Source: Dicyema japonicum (lineage: Eukaryota; Animalia; Dicyemida). Taken from it: a stretch of DNA of 64,000 nucleotides. Below the pieces are notes generated by a model. It did not search any database. It saw only the letters and a program-made list of their open reading frames with translations, and had not been told where the DNA came from. Shown one piece after another: positions 1 through 12,720 of this stretch. The DNA lies in contig RDEW01000022.1 of the NCBI GenBank assembly GCA_011109175.1, forward strand, positions 477,834 to 541,833, written 5' to 3'. Made by a program: the position numbers and the translations under genes. Within the stretch, counting starts at the first letter, position 1, and each line of letters begins with the position of its first letter.

Positions 1-1013
1 GATCGAAATCAAAGTCAGGGGGAAACATAAACCAAAATTGACGTAACATGATTTCACATAAAACCACAAATTTCCCCAAAAGTGCATGCCTAAAATGTTA
101 ATTGTATAAAAATGGTCAATGGCAGGAAGAACAACTTCTCCCCGATAATAATATTCACATAATAGAACGGGAATCTAAGTTAAGAAAAAAACCCACCAGA
201 ACGCAAAAAATGACGAAATTTCCCGCCATTTTTAGATCTGAAATCATTTTATGTCGTTGTGAAGAACATAACTTGTGAGCAATCAAAGGAAATCTAAATA
301 AAATAGAATAAAAACGAAAGGAAGAGAGTAAAAGGCCAAGAGACAATGGATACCGAAGTGATGACTAAAAGTGCTTTCTATAAATAAGAATGAAAAATCA
401 TACAAAAATGTCATCATTTAACCAGAATGCGAGGAAGACAAAGACAGCGAACATTGAAAATGATTCTGTAAGCATTTCTGCGGCAGAAATGAACATAACA
501 GGAGAGAATAGCAATGAAATTATCAATACAGCAGAAAAAAGCCCACCAAATCGTTTCAGTGTGTTTCTCAAATAAATCGTATAATTACTTGTAAAAGTAT
601 AACAATGAGAGCACAGAGAGTAAAGAAGTAAAGATTCTGATTACAAAGTATCCCCCTCCTTTGGGTCCACCCATAAGCTTGAAGAAGGAGACAACAGGCA
701 TGTACAGACTAATGTAGGAGTAGGAAAATATTGAATTTTGTTTGAAAGGAATTGACTTGCCGTAGATAATTAAATGAAGCTAAAAATAATTGTTTTATTA
801 AAACTTATATTTTATAAAATTATAAAATAAATTTTAAATTTTAAAAACCGGTTCAATGTTGTGTGTTATTGAATGTTCGTCTGTGATAAACCCCCAGAAT
901 GTGGCAGCCATGCAGGCTGAAGCCAACAAATGAATAACAAATCTCATTTTTATTAACGGTGGATCAGATTCCTGAGTATTTTCTTGTTTAGGCTCTAAAT
1001 TATATTTTTTCAT
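1..1013 (-). CDS. ALG9: ALG9-like alpha-1,2-mannosyltransferase (GT22), multi-exon, 3' end runs off the window
   Basis: Manual splice reconstruction from ATG 1013: MKKYNLEP...HLLASACMAATFWGFITDEHSITHNIEP|LHLIIYGK...SYSYISLY...IRIFTSLLSVLSLLYFYK...MFISAAEMLTESFSMF...VSWPF...IPVLLCEYYYRGEVVLP. This is colinear with ALG9 motifs (DCDETFNYWEP, SAFLPSSF, GWPF, DSYYYGK). Introns include 780-848 (69 nt) and 175-196 (22 nt). Confidence 0.8.
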
Positions 1014-1779
1014 AATTTACCTGTTTTTTCAATAACTTTTGTAATATTTTGTCTTTTCCTAACCATTGTAACGTGATTATTATAGTTTTAAATTTTAATG
1101 ATTTATTATTAAATATTAATTTATAATTTATTAAAGGATTTTATGATTTTATTAAAATATTAACTGTCTTGTTATATTTTTTGGTAATTTTACAATTCCC
1201 TCTCGAGATAATAAAAATAATTTTATTTTGATTTTTTACGAAACACTGAAAATAATATTTTCATGTCACGAATTCTCAATTTTTGAACTAGATTTACATG
1301 GAAATGACTGATGTGTATAAATATTAAACTATAGTCTCGATAATAGTAAAAATCTTTGTCTCATAAACTTGTTTGTTTACTGCATAAACGACAACTCACC
1401 TTTTTAGATTAAAGAGGACAATTACCATGAAAATCATTTTACGGAAAACATTAATTTGAACAATCTACCGAGCATTAGTTTGGTTATTAAAAGAGTCGTT
1501 TCCAAAATCAAGAATTATAAAAGAATGATTGAATTTATTGTTGAGATTTAAATTTAAGAAAGATATAAAAAAGAATCATAGAAAACATAAGTCTTATATA
1601 TCATAATTACATTCGTGGATAAATTGAACAACTTCGTGGCCCAAGAGAATAACCTTGGAGGCCTTCAGAAACCACAATTTTTACAAGAAAATTGAACGAA
1701 AATCATCAAAGGGCTGGTGACCTCAGGGTAGTTGAGTCAAACGACACTATTGTTCTCTATTAACTTCAACCTTAGACAA

Positions 1780-2330
1780 TGTCACAAAGAAACATCCCCG
1801 AGACCGATGAACCATATTGATGTCAACCTACCTGGCAATCTCCCCGTGTCAATTATCTTTGAATAGTCAGTTGTCAACAAAATTCTGCTTTTACCACTCA
1901 ATCTGAGGTGACATTGATTGACGAAATCAGATCCATTAATAACTAGACAGACTAATCAATATTGCTATATACCCTTATATGAGGGACCTTTTTATGCCCA
2001 CTCAACAAACAAGGGTATTTGACGACTGATGAGGGAATTTAGACCTTAACTCAAATATTTCAACAATACTCGTATATAACCATTGATGTTGGGATTCAGT
2101 ATCCTTTACAACTGAGGCCACCATCGTTTTCTCCCTCTGAAAATTTCTACTACAACGGCCGAAAGGTAAAAAAGTGACCTCGGACCTTCTGAACCTACTG
2201 GATCTAATTTCAGATCTGACATTTTTACTAAAAGTAATTATTAAGTTTCCTAAGGAGGTCATTATATCGGTTGCAGACTGTTATACGAGTGTATTGAGAG
2301 TGCTTCTTCACATAAACACTATACTCCAGT
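1780..2330 (-). mobile_element. Degenerate LINE (Jockey/I-like) ORF2 fragment
   Basis: ORF 2002-2262 (FLPFGRCSRNF) resembles the LINE segment near 60310-60360 (FLMPFGRCSIEF). A decayed HQYG-like RT motif lies downstream. Confidence 0.45.
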
Positions 2331-2445
2331 TAGAGAAGTAAAAATTGATCATACTTAAAAAATATACACAAATGCTCATTAGGAACAAAATGATTTACTC
2401 AAAGAGGCCTAAAATGTAAAAACCAGGATCGTAATATTCAGATTC

Positions 2446-2525
2446 CAGTGATTCTCAACGAGGCGCGATACATTATTGGCGAAATTATTTTATAGGAACG
2501 ATATGATAAAAGGTTGGAAACACTG
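2446..2525. mobile_element. 80-bp hAT (Charlie/Buster-type) MITE-like remnant
   Basis: Imperfect terminal inverted repeats cagtgattctcaac ... gttggaaacactg, followed by ctctaaac. No matching 8-bp TSD. Confidence 0.45.
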
Positions 2526-3089
2526 CTCTAAACGATTACGGAACTTTTTGGCAGATTGGTAGCCTACTTATCTCTAATAAAACGTAAGATATGAGATTCT
2601 TTTCTTGGTCCAATGATATCCTAAAAGCGTACATGAGGAATAGAACCGAACGATTATAAGGGTGCAACAGTGAAAGTCTGTAGAATCATCGTGATAATAC
2701 TGAATGATATTATAAAACTAGCACTGGAATATGTCGAATATTTCTTCCATACTGAAGCTAGCTGGCATGGAGCTGAAATGAAATTGGACTCTTTCTTTTC
2801 AAGGAGAAAAACCTATTAACGTATCGACTCCATATATCCTACCAGCATTATCAGTAGGGCAGTTTAAGTCACTATCCATTACAGAAAAGTCAGAATAGAT
2901 TAAAGTTAAGAAATATTAAAGGCTTCCCTACTGGTTTACGTTCCGTGTTCAGAAACAAAAAAATCTTTGTTTTTCTTTAAAAACCTTATACGTCTGGGCT
3001 CATTAAGAAACCATGATATTCATGAAACGAGTAGTCCCTAAGGATAAACAATTAAATGAGAACAATTAATACGTCAATGTTAGAATAAA

Positions 3090-4598
3090 TTATGGAGATT
3101 TATCATTAGTTTCCTTTTTCTGCATAGCCCATGGTTGGATATCCCCCTTTGCAAATAAAGTGAAGATAATAAATCCAACGAGTTCAACTCCGATCATGAT
3201 GGCAAAGACGATTTGCCATTCGTGCGGATTATTCTAAATGGAACAAATTTTTTACATTTTCTGAAACTATGGCATAGGTTATTTGAATGGCGATTAGACC
3301 GGCTATAGAACCCATGGTATTAGCTACCCCTGAAATGATTCCGTAAAATTGAGGGGCAATATCTCCGATGTTTGGCATTGTGATTGAAATTTGAACTCCT
3401 GAGAAATAACAAGCAATGAGAATCAAAATAACACCTCCGTATAAATTTGATTTTGTAATTAACGTGGATAACATCATAAAAATTCCAACAGGGAGCAAAG
3501 CTTAAGTCAATAAAATGTCTCACAAAAAATATTGAAAACTTTTCGCATTCTTATTTTTGAAATTATATTTTTTCTCTGAATAAAGTCCGCCAATATGCTA
3601 AAACTCAGTCCACCAGCCCACGTGAGAATAGGGGTCAAGAAAGTAATATATACTTGCTAAAATATAAGATAATCCTCAACATCTTTAATTTCCACAGAAT
3701 AAAGGTCCTTCATTAATGAAGGAATTATTGTGACTATCAAAAAGAGACTCCACGTTGATGAGAAATGACATATAACGACAGCCCAAAATGGTAACGATTT
3801 TAGCATTTTCTTTATAGGAAATTTCTAAAGTTTAATTGTTGGACACCTTAAAGTTAGAGACTTGTTCTCTATCCACGCTTTGAGAGAGATACTCTTTCTC
3901 TTCTTTCGTGATCCATCGATTGTCCTTTGGATCATCAGTGGTGAAAATAATCCAAAAAATCATCCATAAAACCCCAAATAATCCTAAAACTTTGGTTATT
4001 AATTACCAAAAATATAAAATGTGTATCTCCAAAGTGTTTTGTCATATGCCATTGCTGAAGTAATAATAAGAGATAAAAGTGTTCCAAAAAAAGTTCCAGG
4101 AAAAATAAGGCCCATTGCACTTGTCCTAAAATTTGGTGGAAACCAGTTAGCAATCATTACGGAAAAACAGGGAACAAAGATACCCTGACTTGATTACACA
4201 AGAAAATCTGAACAATTCCCATAATAATCCGAGTAGCAACAAAAGCGTATGGGGACTTTTCCAAGGCAATCGGAGTTAAAAAACAGCAAATTGTTGAGAT
4301 TATTACAGAAAACAGAAAACTCTTTTTTGGACTATATTTCTCAGCCAAGTATCCCCCAGGAACTTGTGTCAATAAGTAACCCACATAAAACGACATGAGA
4401 GCAAATGCTTTTTCATATTTGGTCCATTTTATAGGCTAAAATAATTTTTAATAATACAGATTCACGATCCTTGTTGATTGAGACGATTTGCACGATAATG
4501 ACGACCGGGGTTTGTCTATGACTGTATAATACTGCCAGGCATACGAATATACCAATTCCAGTTATAGTTCTACCTGTTTTCGCAATTTTCTTTTCCAT
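3090..4598 (-). CDS. SLC17-family (sialin/vesicular anion cotransporter-like) MFS transporter
   Basis: Exons with SFYVGYLLTQVPGGYLAEKY, GDIAPQFYGIISGVANTMGSIAG and C-terminal HEWQIVFAIMIGVELVGFIIFTLFAKGDIQPWA; stop at 3090-3092; 22-nt intron at 3234-3255. Confidence 0.88.
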
Positions 4599-4832
4599 TT
4601 GAATTTATTTTAAACTGACTTTTTATTATAAAATAAATATTACTGTTAAACAAATAATTGTTTGTTAGTTATTCACAAATGCCCAAAGAATTATTTACGA
4701 TTTCACATTTAAATAGGAACATCAATCTTTAACTTTATTAATAAGTCCTTCTATTTTAATTGTAGATTTGTTATAAAATAGAACTTCATAGTTATGCAAA
4801 TAAGAACTCATTTGATTGGAATCAATTTAGAG

Positions 4833-5180
4833 CAGGTAATCGCGGAACCAATTGGCCTAATTTATTTTTTGCGGAACCCTTCCATTTCAATTATTACAAT
4901 TTCACTTAAAACATAATAGTAATAACCAAAAACAATTTTAATGTGAACATTGAGGTAATTTGTTATCATAGCATAGTGTAACGTTAGGAGTTATTGCTGA
5001 CAACTGTTTTCTCATATCAGCGAAAACATTAAGTTTATTTCTATATTTTGTTTTGGTAGATGTATATATTGAAAACCCCGACAGGCAAAAGTTAGTCGTT
5101 GGAAAAGGTAATAGTTTACGTATAGCCTTTTCTGAGATATATATTTTGAAATGTATGCTCTCCAAAAATTAAGAAGGGAT
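4833..5180 (-). mobile_element. Buster/Charlie-type hAT transposase 3' end
   Basis: KAIRKLLPFPTTNFCLSGFSIYTSTKTKYRNKLNV...QCSH matches the Buster-type hATC dimerisation C-terminus. A homologous second copy lies at 30300-30451 plus 32376-32570. Confidence 0.8.
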
Positions 5181-5499
5181 TCATTTTAAATATCTGATTT
5201 GACGTTGATTCTGATGTCAATAAAATGTTCATATTCAATTGATGTTAAATTTGCTTGTGTTATTTTAACTTTGAATGGATTTGAACCCAATCGTCATCAA
5301 ATTTACACAGAAAATATTTCGCAATGTTATCGTCCAAAATCACCAAATGATCTTTGATGTGCTGAAGACCTGTAGACCCATAGTCCGAGGAGGAAGTGGA
5401 AGTCAGGCTGGTGAAGATTCTCGTAAAAGAAGAAGGATTTATTAGTTTAGTATAATCATAGTTGTTTCACAATATATAAACTTAATGAGGAACTATTAT

Positions 5500-6430
5500 T
5501 TAGAACCAATAAATGTTTAGATAAACCTCCATTATAACTTTAGAACTCTTAGCCACTTCTATTGAATCTTTAGTCTGCAAGAATTGCGATGCGTCCTCGT
5601 GCTACTATGAGCATCCAATTCTATGCCTTACATGCGGTTGTGTGGTAAGTTGACCACCTTCAAGAATTTTCTTTGTAATTTAATTAATTTCTCAAACTCA
5701 TTGATTCGACTTGCTGGATTTTGGTCTATTTATTTAACGAAGAATGGGAAATGACCAGTGTCCTAGTTGCATTCAAATAGGTCAACTGACCGTACAAATT
5801 GTAAATAGATAGTGGATACAAATTGTTTTAAAAAGTTTTTGTGATGATTTATGATCTTCATCACTGTTGACACCCTATTTTCCACATATTTGGCGAAAGT
5901 TCGTGATCAAGTCACAGGATGTTTAGTATATTATCAGCAGTTATCGCCTAATGGTTATAACAAAACATATATTAATTAGCCTCTTCCATCCTCCATGGTT
6001 ACACGAAATCGATCTCAGCTCGTCCACATCGTCTCTCGTCTTTAGGTACTTCCTCACTCTTTGGAGGTCTTTGTGCGGTTTGATAGGGAGTGTATCCTAT
6101 GTCGGTCACGGAAGCATTTCCCCTCGAACATGAAATGATCCTCTATTGCCACATTCGCTGAGGTAACGAATCCGATGTAGCCAAACAGATTCCACCGGGC
6201 GTCAGTGATGTGTCATGCTTAGAGGCCTACTCTTATATTTGTATAAATTCCAGCATTTGAGATCCTGACAGGCCAATTCATGCCAAAGATTTGTTTCACA
6301 TGCGCATCCGTAGGTTAACATCAAATCCCTTTAGGATCTTTGTTGTGACTGGAATAATCTTAAGAAGGATTCTTGGCTGTAGTCAATGTTGTAATCGATT
6401 TGAAAAATCTAGTTAGTTAAGTAACCCCAT
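5500..6430 (+). mobile_element. Highly degenerate LINE RT C-terminus and 3' UTR
   Basis: Stop-riddled RT-like remnants ending in a ctagttagttaag tail like other LINE 3' ends in this window. Confidence 0.35.
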
Positions 6431-6466
6431 TTGGAAAATCTAAAACGGGGATAATAAACATAATAA

Positions 6467-8330
6467 TTAAACATCAAACACAGTGTCATAATATGAGTCT
6501 TCAATACATGATAATTCACGATTATGTTCACTAAGAGCTTTATCTCTTATATTATCCAGACTCGAATAAAACCCTTCAATATTGAATAGATTAGACAGTC
6601 CTGGTGCTTCAAGTATTTGCCTGTGTGAGTGGTCCACTGAAGTCAATAGTTTTTCAAAATTTTCTATTTTCCGTGATTGCTCCTTTCTTCTGTTTATGTA
6701 TTTAATCAACAAATCCATACAAGTCTCCCCCGTTCCTGGATTTTTGCAAATCTCCAAATTATAATCATTTCATACTTTTCTATAAGAAAGAGTCTCCAGG
6801 ATTTTCTGGTGAGTCTCCGGGTCCACTTTTTCAGTCCGAATCTATCGTTTGTATCGCTCAGACTGCGCACGTGGGCTGTTTATCCATTTCCTCAGCTACA
6901 ATCTTTAAAATAACAACCGATCTTTGAATAACACAGGCAGCTTTTGTTCTCTTTCGAAAATCCGCTTCGAATTCCGAGTTTTTCTGTGAAACACACCTCC
7001 GCCACCACTGTTGAATCATTACTGCAGCCTCGACACGTGTTCTCAATTGATAGTCTCTTATGTTCACTGTAATACTTAACATGATCAAATACTTGCTGGA
7101 ACTTGTTGCATTCGAAAGTAATCTCTTTCCTTGAACTGACGAGAAATAGAAATCCCACTAAGGGATCTGTTCATTTCGTCGTAGAGCTCCAATTCCTCAG
7201 TTCTTTTTAGTTTGTGTCTCTGCTCAATATTGGCCCTGGAAGTAAGAAAACACCAACTTGAAGTTTTTTTTGATTAAAGTGACAATTTTCGTAAGACTTT
7301 CAATGTCTTTTCGGATTTTGTGACCTCGCCAAGCCGACTGAATACAAATAGCAGCTTCTTCTTCTTTGGCCAACTTTGAAAATCGTCTCATTCGTCGATT
7401 TATCTCAACCTTTGCTTCATAGGTGGAGATTATCCGTTCCAACTCATCGTCAAGACCTTTTCCCTCCCATTTCTCAAGGGCATTTATTAGCACTTGTTCA
7501 TTTACCACCTTTTCAACCTCTCTCGAAGACTTTAGCATCCCAATAACTCTGAATAAGCAATAAAATGCCAATCTTAATATTACTACGTAACCACCTTGCA
7601 GTTTTACTAACACTCGTGATAATAGTTATGTCCAAAAAATACCCACATAGACTACTTTGCACTTCAAAAGTCAAATCTGTTTTGTCTAAATATGTAATTT
7701 TGATAAATTCAAGGCAAATATCCAAAAGACCCTCATTTGTCACACGTGAGAGCACCATTGCCGTATTTTGTGTAAAGATAACTATTTTAAAAAGCCAATA
7801 AAACCAGAAAAATCAATTTTTGGATAGTTCTCCTTTATTTTCCCCATATTAGCAAAAAGAACTTTGCACGTATCAACCAGATTGTTCTGTCGTAGTGACT
7901 AAATTATAATTGTCCAGTTTTACGTATTCCGGGAAAGAATTGATATCAAGAGTTATCTTATCGATTAAAGTCACTATTTCTGCCAACAAAGCTTGTAATT
8001 CCTTAGCAAATTGACTGGACTCCAGGTCCTTGGCACAAAAGACAGCGAAACTCAGAACATTTTCAATCATTTTCCACTTTCCGTGAATCGCGGAGAATTC
8101 GTTGCTAAGGAGGATGGGAAATATTTCAAGAAAGTCATGGGAGATGATTATATTCTTTATTATAATAGACTCAGCCTTTGACTTTGCAGTTTCTAGCCTT
8201 TCTGTCTGTAATTTATTGTAAAGTACCTTTTAAGGTTAAAATATATTTTGGCATTTCCTCGATGGGGGAATTTAACATTTTTTTTGCAAATTTCATTTAC
8301 AAAATCTTCATGAATGCAAGTTATAGACAT
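6467..8330 (-). CDS. IQCB1: IQ calmodulin-binding motif protein 1 (NPHP5)-like ciliary protein; start codon uncertain
   Basis: Three IQ motifs (AAICIQSAWRGHKIRK, AAVMIQQWWRR, KAACVIQRS) in IQCB1 order. They are preceded by KWEGKGLDDELERII and followed by ILEAPGL...DKALSEHNREL, colinear with remembered IQCB1 sequence. Multiple short introns. Confidence 0.72.
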
Positions 8331-8580
8331 TTCTGTTGCCTGGATATTTATTTTAAATTATTATTTATGTGAGGTGGTTTTCCCTCCTTTCGATTTTTCA
8401 TAGATTATATAGGTCCTCTTCATATAATTTATTTTTTAATTCCTTATGTCTTCTTGTGTTACGACAGGTAGCTCTGTTGTTTTCAATATCCTCGAATCAC
8501 TCGAAATATGCTTATATAACGTATCAATGAATTCATTCTTAAAATATGTCCAAACAGACATCACTCCAGATTTACACAAC

Positions 8581-8654
8581 CGTGACTTGTATGGATTTCT
8601 TCTCAGATATCAAAATGCGTGACTTGTATGGATTTCTTCTTAGATACCAAAATT
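8581..8654. repeat. Two-copy ~37-bp tandem repeat
   Basis: cgtgacttgtatggatttcttct(c/t)agata(t/c)caaaat occurs twice with 2 mismatches. Confidence 0.85.
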
Positions 8655-9015
8655 GCCCAACTATATAGGGAGAGCAGGGAGACGTAGTTTAGTCATAAAA
8701 ATAGATACGAACTCCAAAATCATTTAGATTGTAGCTTATAATTATATCGTCTCCTGAATTATCCTTCTTTGTATAATTTAATAGTATTCTTTGTATATCT
8801 TCATTCAAGTTTTTTGACTTTCTCCAGCTTACATCATTTGGTTGAGTATTCGTTCGCGTCAGTAGAGTTCGGGTCATTCTGAGAAAGTATATGTGCATAA
8901 AAGTCTCGAGAAAATTTATTAGTATTTGTAAATTTCGAATCCACTAGATACACTATTCCCAATATGCGTATTTCTTGTATTTTTATTGTACCACAGGGGT
9001 TGAGAAAAATTTTTA

Positions 9016-10578
9016 TGCCTGTCGTTAGAAAAGCTACTACAAAGAAGAATACTAAAATCAAAAAGACTAACTCTGGAAAGGTCTTAAAGGAGAATTATAT
9101 TGAAAACGATGAGACTACCTCTGGAGGGGTTTTAAAGAATAGCTGTATTGAAATGTTAAGGATCTGTCTCTGAGCCTCTTTTGAATACTCTGGGAATGCT
9201 TTTATACGAATCACTGTTATGTCAAATATGGGAGCCATCAAAATCTCCAACTTACTGTACTCGTTCGACCCGACAGGGTCTATCAGATTGAGCACAAAGG
9301 CTCCGGCATCTTCCGCCTCGAATTCACGAAGGAGGAGGATAAAAGGAACTTTTGTGAACATGTGAATGCCACTTCACCTTTTTGGTCTTGGAAACCATTG
9401 TTTCAGTGAAATCCGAGTGAAACCGTCCGAAATTGTGTTGAAGAACTTGCCATTTTGGGTTGATGATAACGACCTTCATGAATTTGTCAAGAAATTAGCT
9501 TCCTCTACTACGAGCATATGCCGTTTCTACAAGGGAGATAGGAGACTCCCTCTTGCAAAAGTTCTAGTTGGATCAAGGGCGGAGGCTACATCGCTTGTCC
9601 GTCTTGGTTTCAACATTGCCCACGTGCCAATTACATGTGAATGGTACAGAAGAGGCCCACCTATATGTTTCAATGCCAACGCTATGGACACATATCCTCC
9701 TTCTGTATGTCTCCGTTGTGCAGGGGAACACGACTTGACTGCTTGTGGAGAGACTCCTAAGAACACAATGAATTGTATAAATTGTGGCTCGTCCTCACAC
9801 TGTGCAGATATGGTGGATGCCCAGCCGCCAAGAAATCTGATCGGAAGAAAGCAACTAAAGGCGATGGACAGTCGATAATAAACGATATTGGGAGAACGTG
9901 GACAGCAAAGACAGTTATGTCAAAGTCGGCACCTAAAATTCGTCGAAAACCAAACGATGTCTCACCCAATCTATCAGAGAAGATACACGCTGAAATATCG
10001 GAGATTATGTCGCGGTTAAACTATTTGTGCTCGATTGCACATGTGGATTTAATGGAAACGGTGACCTTGACTTTGAAGAAGCAAGGTCACCCAAATGTTT
10101 GAAGCAAGGACTAAAAATAGTGCTAGTGAATGCCCGATCCCTAGGGAAAAGTCATAATGAACTAGCACTACTTGCGAGGGCCTCCAAGATAGACATCTTG
10201 GTGGTCAATGAGACGAAATTAAAGAAAGCGAAGAGTAATATAATGACTGGATATAATTCTGTAGACATTTTATGGAAGGCTGAAGCAGTTGCTGGTACGG
10301 GAACGTCTATTTTCTACCGGGACTGCCTCCGAATTCGTAATCCAAAAGTCGTTTGTGATGTATTGTGTGAATTTGTAAGCATGGACGTTTGTTGCGACGG
10401 AGTATGGATTAGTGTTGGAGGTCTATACTCCAAGAATCTTGAGACTTGTTCTACAGATATCACTGAGTTCTACAACAAGAATCCCTATACTATCTTAATT
10501 GGGGATCTTAATTCTAAGAACACTAGTTATGGTTGTAGCAAGACAAATCAGGATGGACGACGTTTAGAATTATTGTCT
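9016..10578 (+). mobile_element. Jockey/I-group LINE: gag-like ORF1 with CCHC knuckles plus APE start, 3'-truncated
   Basis: ORF1 has KPSEIVLKNLPFWVDDNDL, CLRCAGEHDLTAC and CINCGSSSH; APE has IVLVNARSL, VVNETKLK and LIGDLNSK. A paralogous element lies at 61900-63170. Confidence 0.8.
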
Positions 10579-10579
10579 G

Positions 10580-12345
10580 TGCGTCATGTGGTTCACCGTT
10601 TCTGGTGGCGTCGGATAATAATAATAATAATAATAAAGCCTTTTCACGAGAGCCATAGTATTTTATAGCTCCGCATAGGCAGGACACACACTTTATTTAA
10701 GTAAAGAACAGTTAATTTTAACTAATCGTAGAACCAAGGAATGATCTTCACTTCTTTTTTTTCTTTTTCTTGTGTGAGTGTCCTTTCTAGACAAATCCAG
10801 TTCCGCAGTGAGTATTCACTGATGACGGCGTCACTCGTCAAACCATTTCTGCATCGTAGATGCGTGGAACCTTCCACCAGGTGAACAGCAGCGAGATTCG
10901 AACCCGTAGCCTAAGCCACTTAAGCCCGACACCTAACCACTAAGCCACCCGGTGGCGTCGGATATAGTCCTAAACTATATCTAAAAAGAACCATTTGCTC
11001 TCTACCAACCAGAGGACTTCCCACTGGACGGCATTCTCTCACTGTTGGAACATTCTATCGATTGAGACTGTTGACCTCAGGAGACGTGGAACAAAACCCA
11101 GGCCCAAAGAAGTTAACAATCCAAAACTAAACATAAACGGGATCAGAGGAAAGATTGCCGAACTTTCCTTATTCTTGGAGAGGAACAGAGTGGACATCTG
11201 CCTTCTCCAGGATACGAAACTTTCAAATAACATTCCTACTCCTCTCTTTAACGGATACAACACAGTAAGATCCGACCACCCATCTGGCCAAGGAGAGGGT
11301 CTACTGACTCTTGTGAGAAAAGGAATAAAATACCTCGAGAACCCTTCTCTTTACAAGAGCTTAATGGAAGACTCGAACACGGAGATAATTGGAATCTCTG
11401 TTATAACTTCCATTGGAAAAATTGAAATTGCGAATGTTTATGTTCCTCCTCCTGGCTCCTGCAAGAAAAATTTCTCCTTTGACCTATCTACCTTGGACAA
11501 CTAGAGAACTTGCTTTTATGTGGAGACCTGAATGCGAAACACCCTTCTTGGTTCCGCTACCAGTCCGCTGATAACAGAGGAAACCTGCTATTATCCCAAA
11601 TGCAAAACTTAATAATCATCAACAACCCGAAAAAGAACACTAGGACACCATACAACACGAAGGACATGGTGACATCTCCGGACTAATCCGTCTGCTCACC
11701 TCGTCTTTTCCCGATCATTAATTGGACGGTCCGTTATGACCTCCGGAGCGACCACCATTCAATGTTAATGAAGCTGAACTGCGAGCTACGCTTTGTACCG
11801 AAGCCTATTCATTTCTATGATTACAAAAATGCAAATTGGACTGGCTTTACAAATTTCGTTGATTCAAAACTGCAACATTTCCAACCTGAAAATTTCTTCT
11901 CCATAGACAAAGCTGTATACTATTTCAACAAAACAATCATTGACGGGAGAAATATTTTTATCAGAAAAGCATATATAAAAAACGAAAAATTGAAATACGA
12001 CTCAAAAACAAGAAAATAATTATGGAAACAACCTTAAGAGAATGATACATCGTTCACGAGAGGTTATTAATCGAATCAGGTCACTAAACATTCTTATCAC
12101 GAAAAGCACAAACAACACCCAAAAGAAGAAACTCATGCGAATCTCTGCTGCCATGAATAATCAAGATTGTGGAGGATCGGATCAATGGTTTCAGGAGGAG
12201 ATCAAAGGTCCAGGACACATATATAAAGCTGGGGGAATAAAGATTAAAAAGCTGGGAGAAACGTTCCGAAAAAGATTTATAATAAAAAAAAGGAGGAAGG
12301 GTCCAGGTGTGGAGTCCAAGCCTTATGGTAGGACTCAGATGTAAT
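10580..12345 (+). mobile_element. Ingi-like LINE, copy 1: 5' HDV-like fold, 2A motif, APE; interrupted by a SINE
   Basis: RLRLLTSGDVEQNPGP at 11059-11106, then APE (LNINGIRGK, LLQDTKLS, NVYVPP, GDLNAKH, LRSDHH). Several stops and frameshifts. Confidence 0.75.
10618..10950 (-). mobile_element. Full-length tRNA-derived SINE (333 bp)
   Basis: A box TGGCTTAGTGGT (10936-10947), B box GGTTCGAATCT (10894-10904), (TTA)n tail, and a 14-bp TSD ggtggcgtcggata at 10604-10617 and 10951-10964. Confidence 0.9.
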
Positions 12346-12349
12346 ACCC

Positions 12350-12720
12350 TCCAGAAATCTTAACTCTTTTGTCAATAAATCGTTGTTGTTGTTTATTGTA
12401 CCACAAGCACATCGATAAGCAATGAATCGATCCCACCAGTTTGGCACATAGACAGAAAATTTCCTGGAGTTTGTGCGATTCTTTGTAAGATAGCAATTAA
12501 TAATATTTTTATTAATGAGTTCAAAACTATGATTGAATGTAGAATTCTTAAACACCTTATTGACTAGTTTTTGTACAAGGTTTTTGTACAACAAGCGTCT
12601 GTAACAAATGATTTTGATACTTTAGGGAATTTACTCAGACATTTTTTGAAAAATATGGAACATTATTTTTAAAGGTTATTGATTTAAAATCCCAAGACCA
12701 CAAAGAAGTGTTAAACTCAC
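12350..12720 (-). mobile_element. Penelope-like RT C-terminal fragment
   Basis: RFIAYRCACGTINNNNDLLTKELRFL resembles the PLE thumb motif (RA..ICS...L..EL..L). Confidence 0.4.

Noticed and set aside
390-575. Plus-strand ORF MKNHTK...
   Set aside because: Antisense shadow of the ALG9-like exons.
9095-9361. Minus-strand 88-aa ORF and its hydrophobic continuation as a novel or viral gene
   Set aside because: Antisense to the LINE ORF1 N-terminus, whose plus frame aligns with the paralogue near 61900.
10819-10845. Hammerhead ribozyme core (CTGATGA) in the SINE
   Set aside because: The stem is followed by TCAAA rather than GAAA, and the motif is on the non-transcribed strand.
10880-10950. Functional tRNA gene (possible TAA anticodon loop)
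   Set aside because: The anticodon and acceptor stems do not pair; it is the head of a multicopy SINE.
10940-10965. Apparent head-to-head SINE/Ingi chimera (palindrome gccacc-c-ggtggc)
   Set aside because: ggtggcgtcggata is also present left of the SINE tail (10604-10617), so it is an ordinary TSD from a SINE inserting into the Ingi 5' end.
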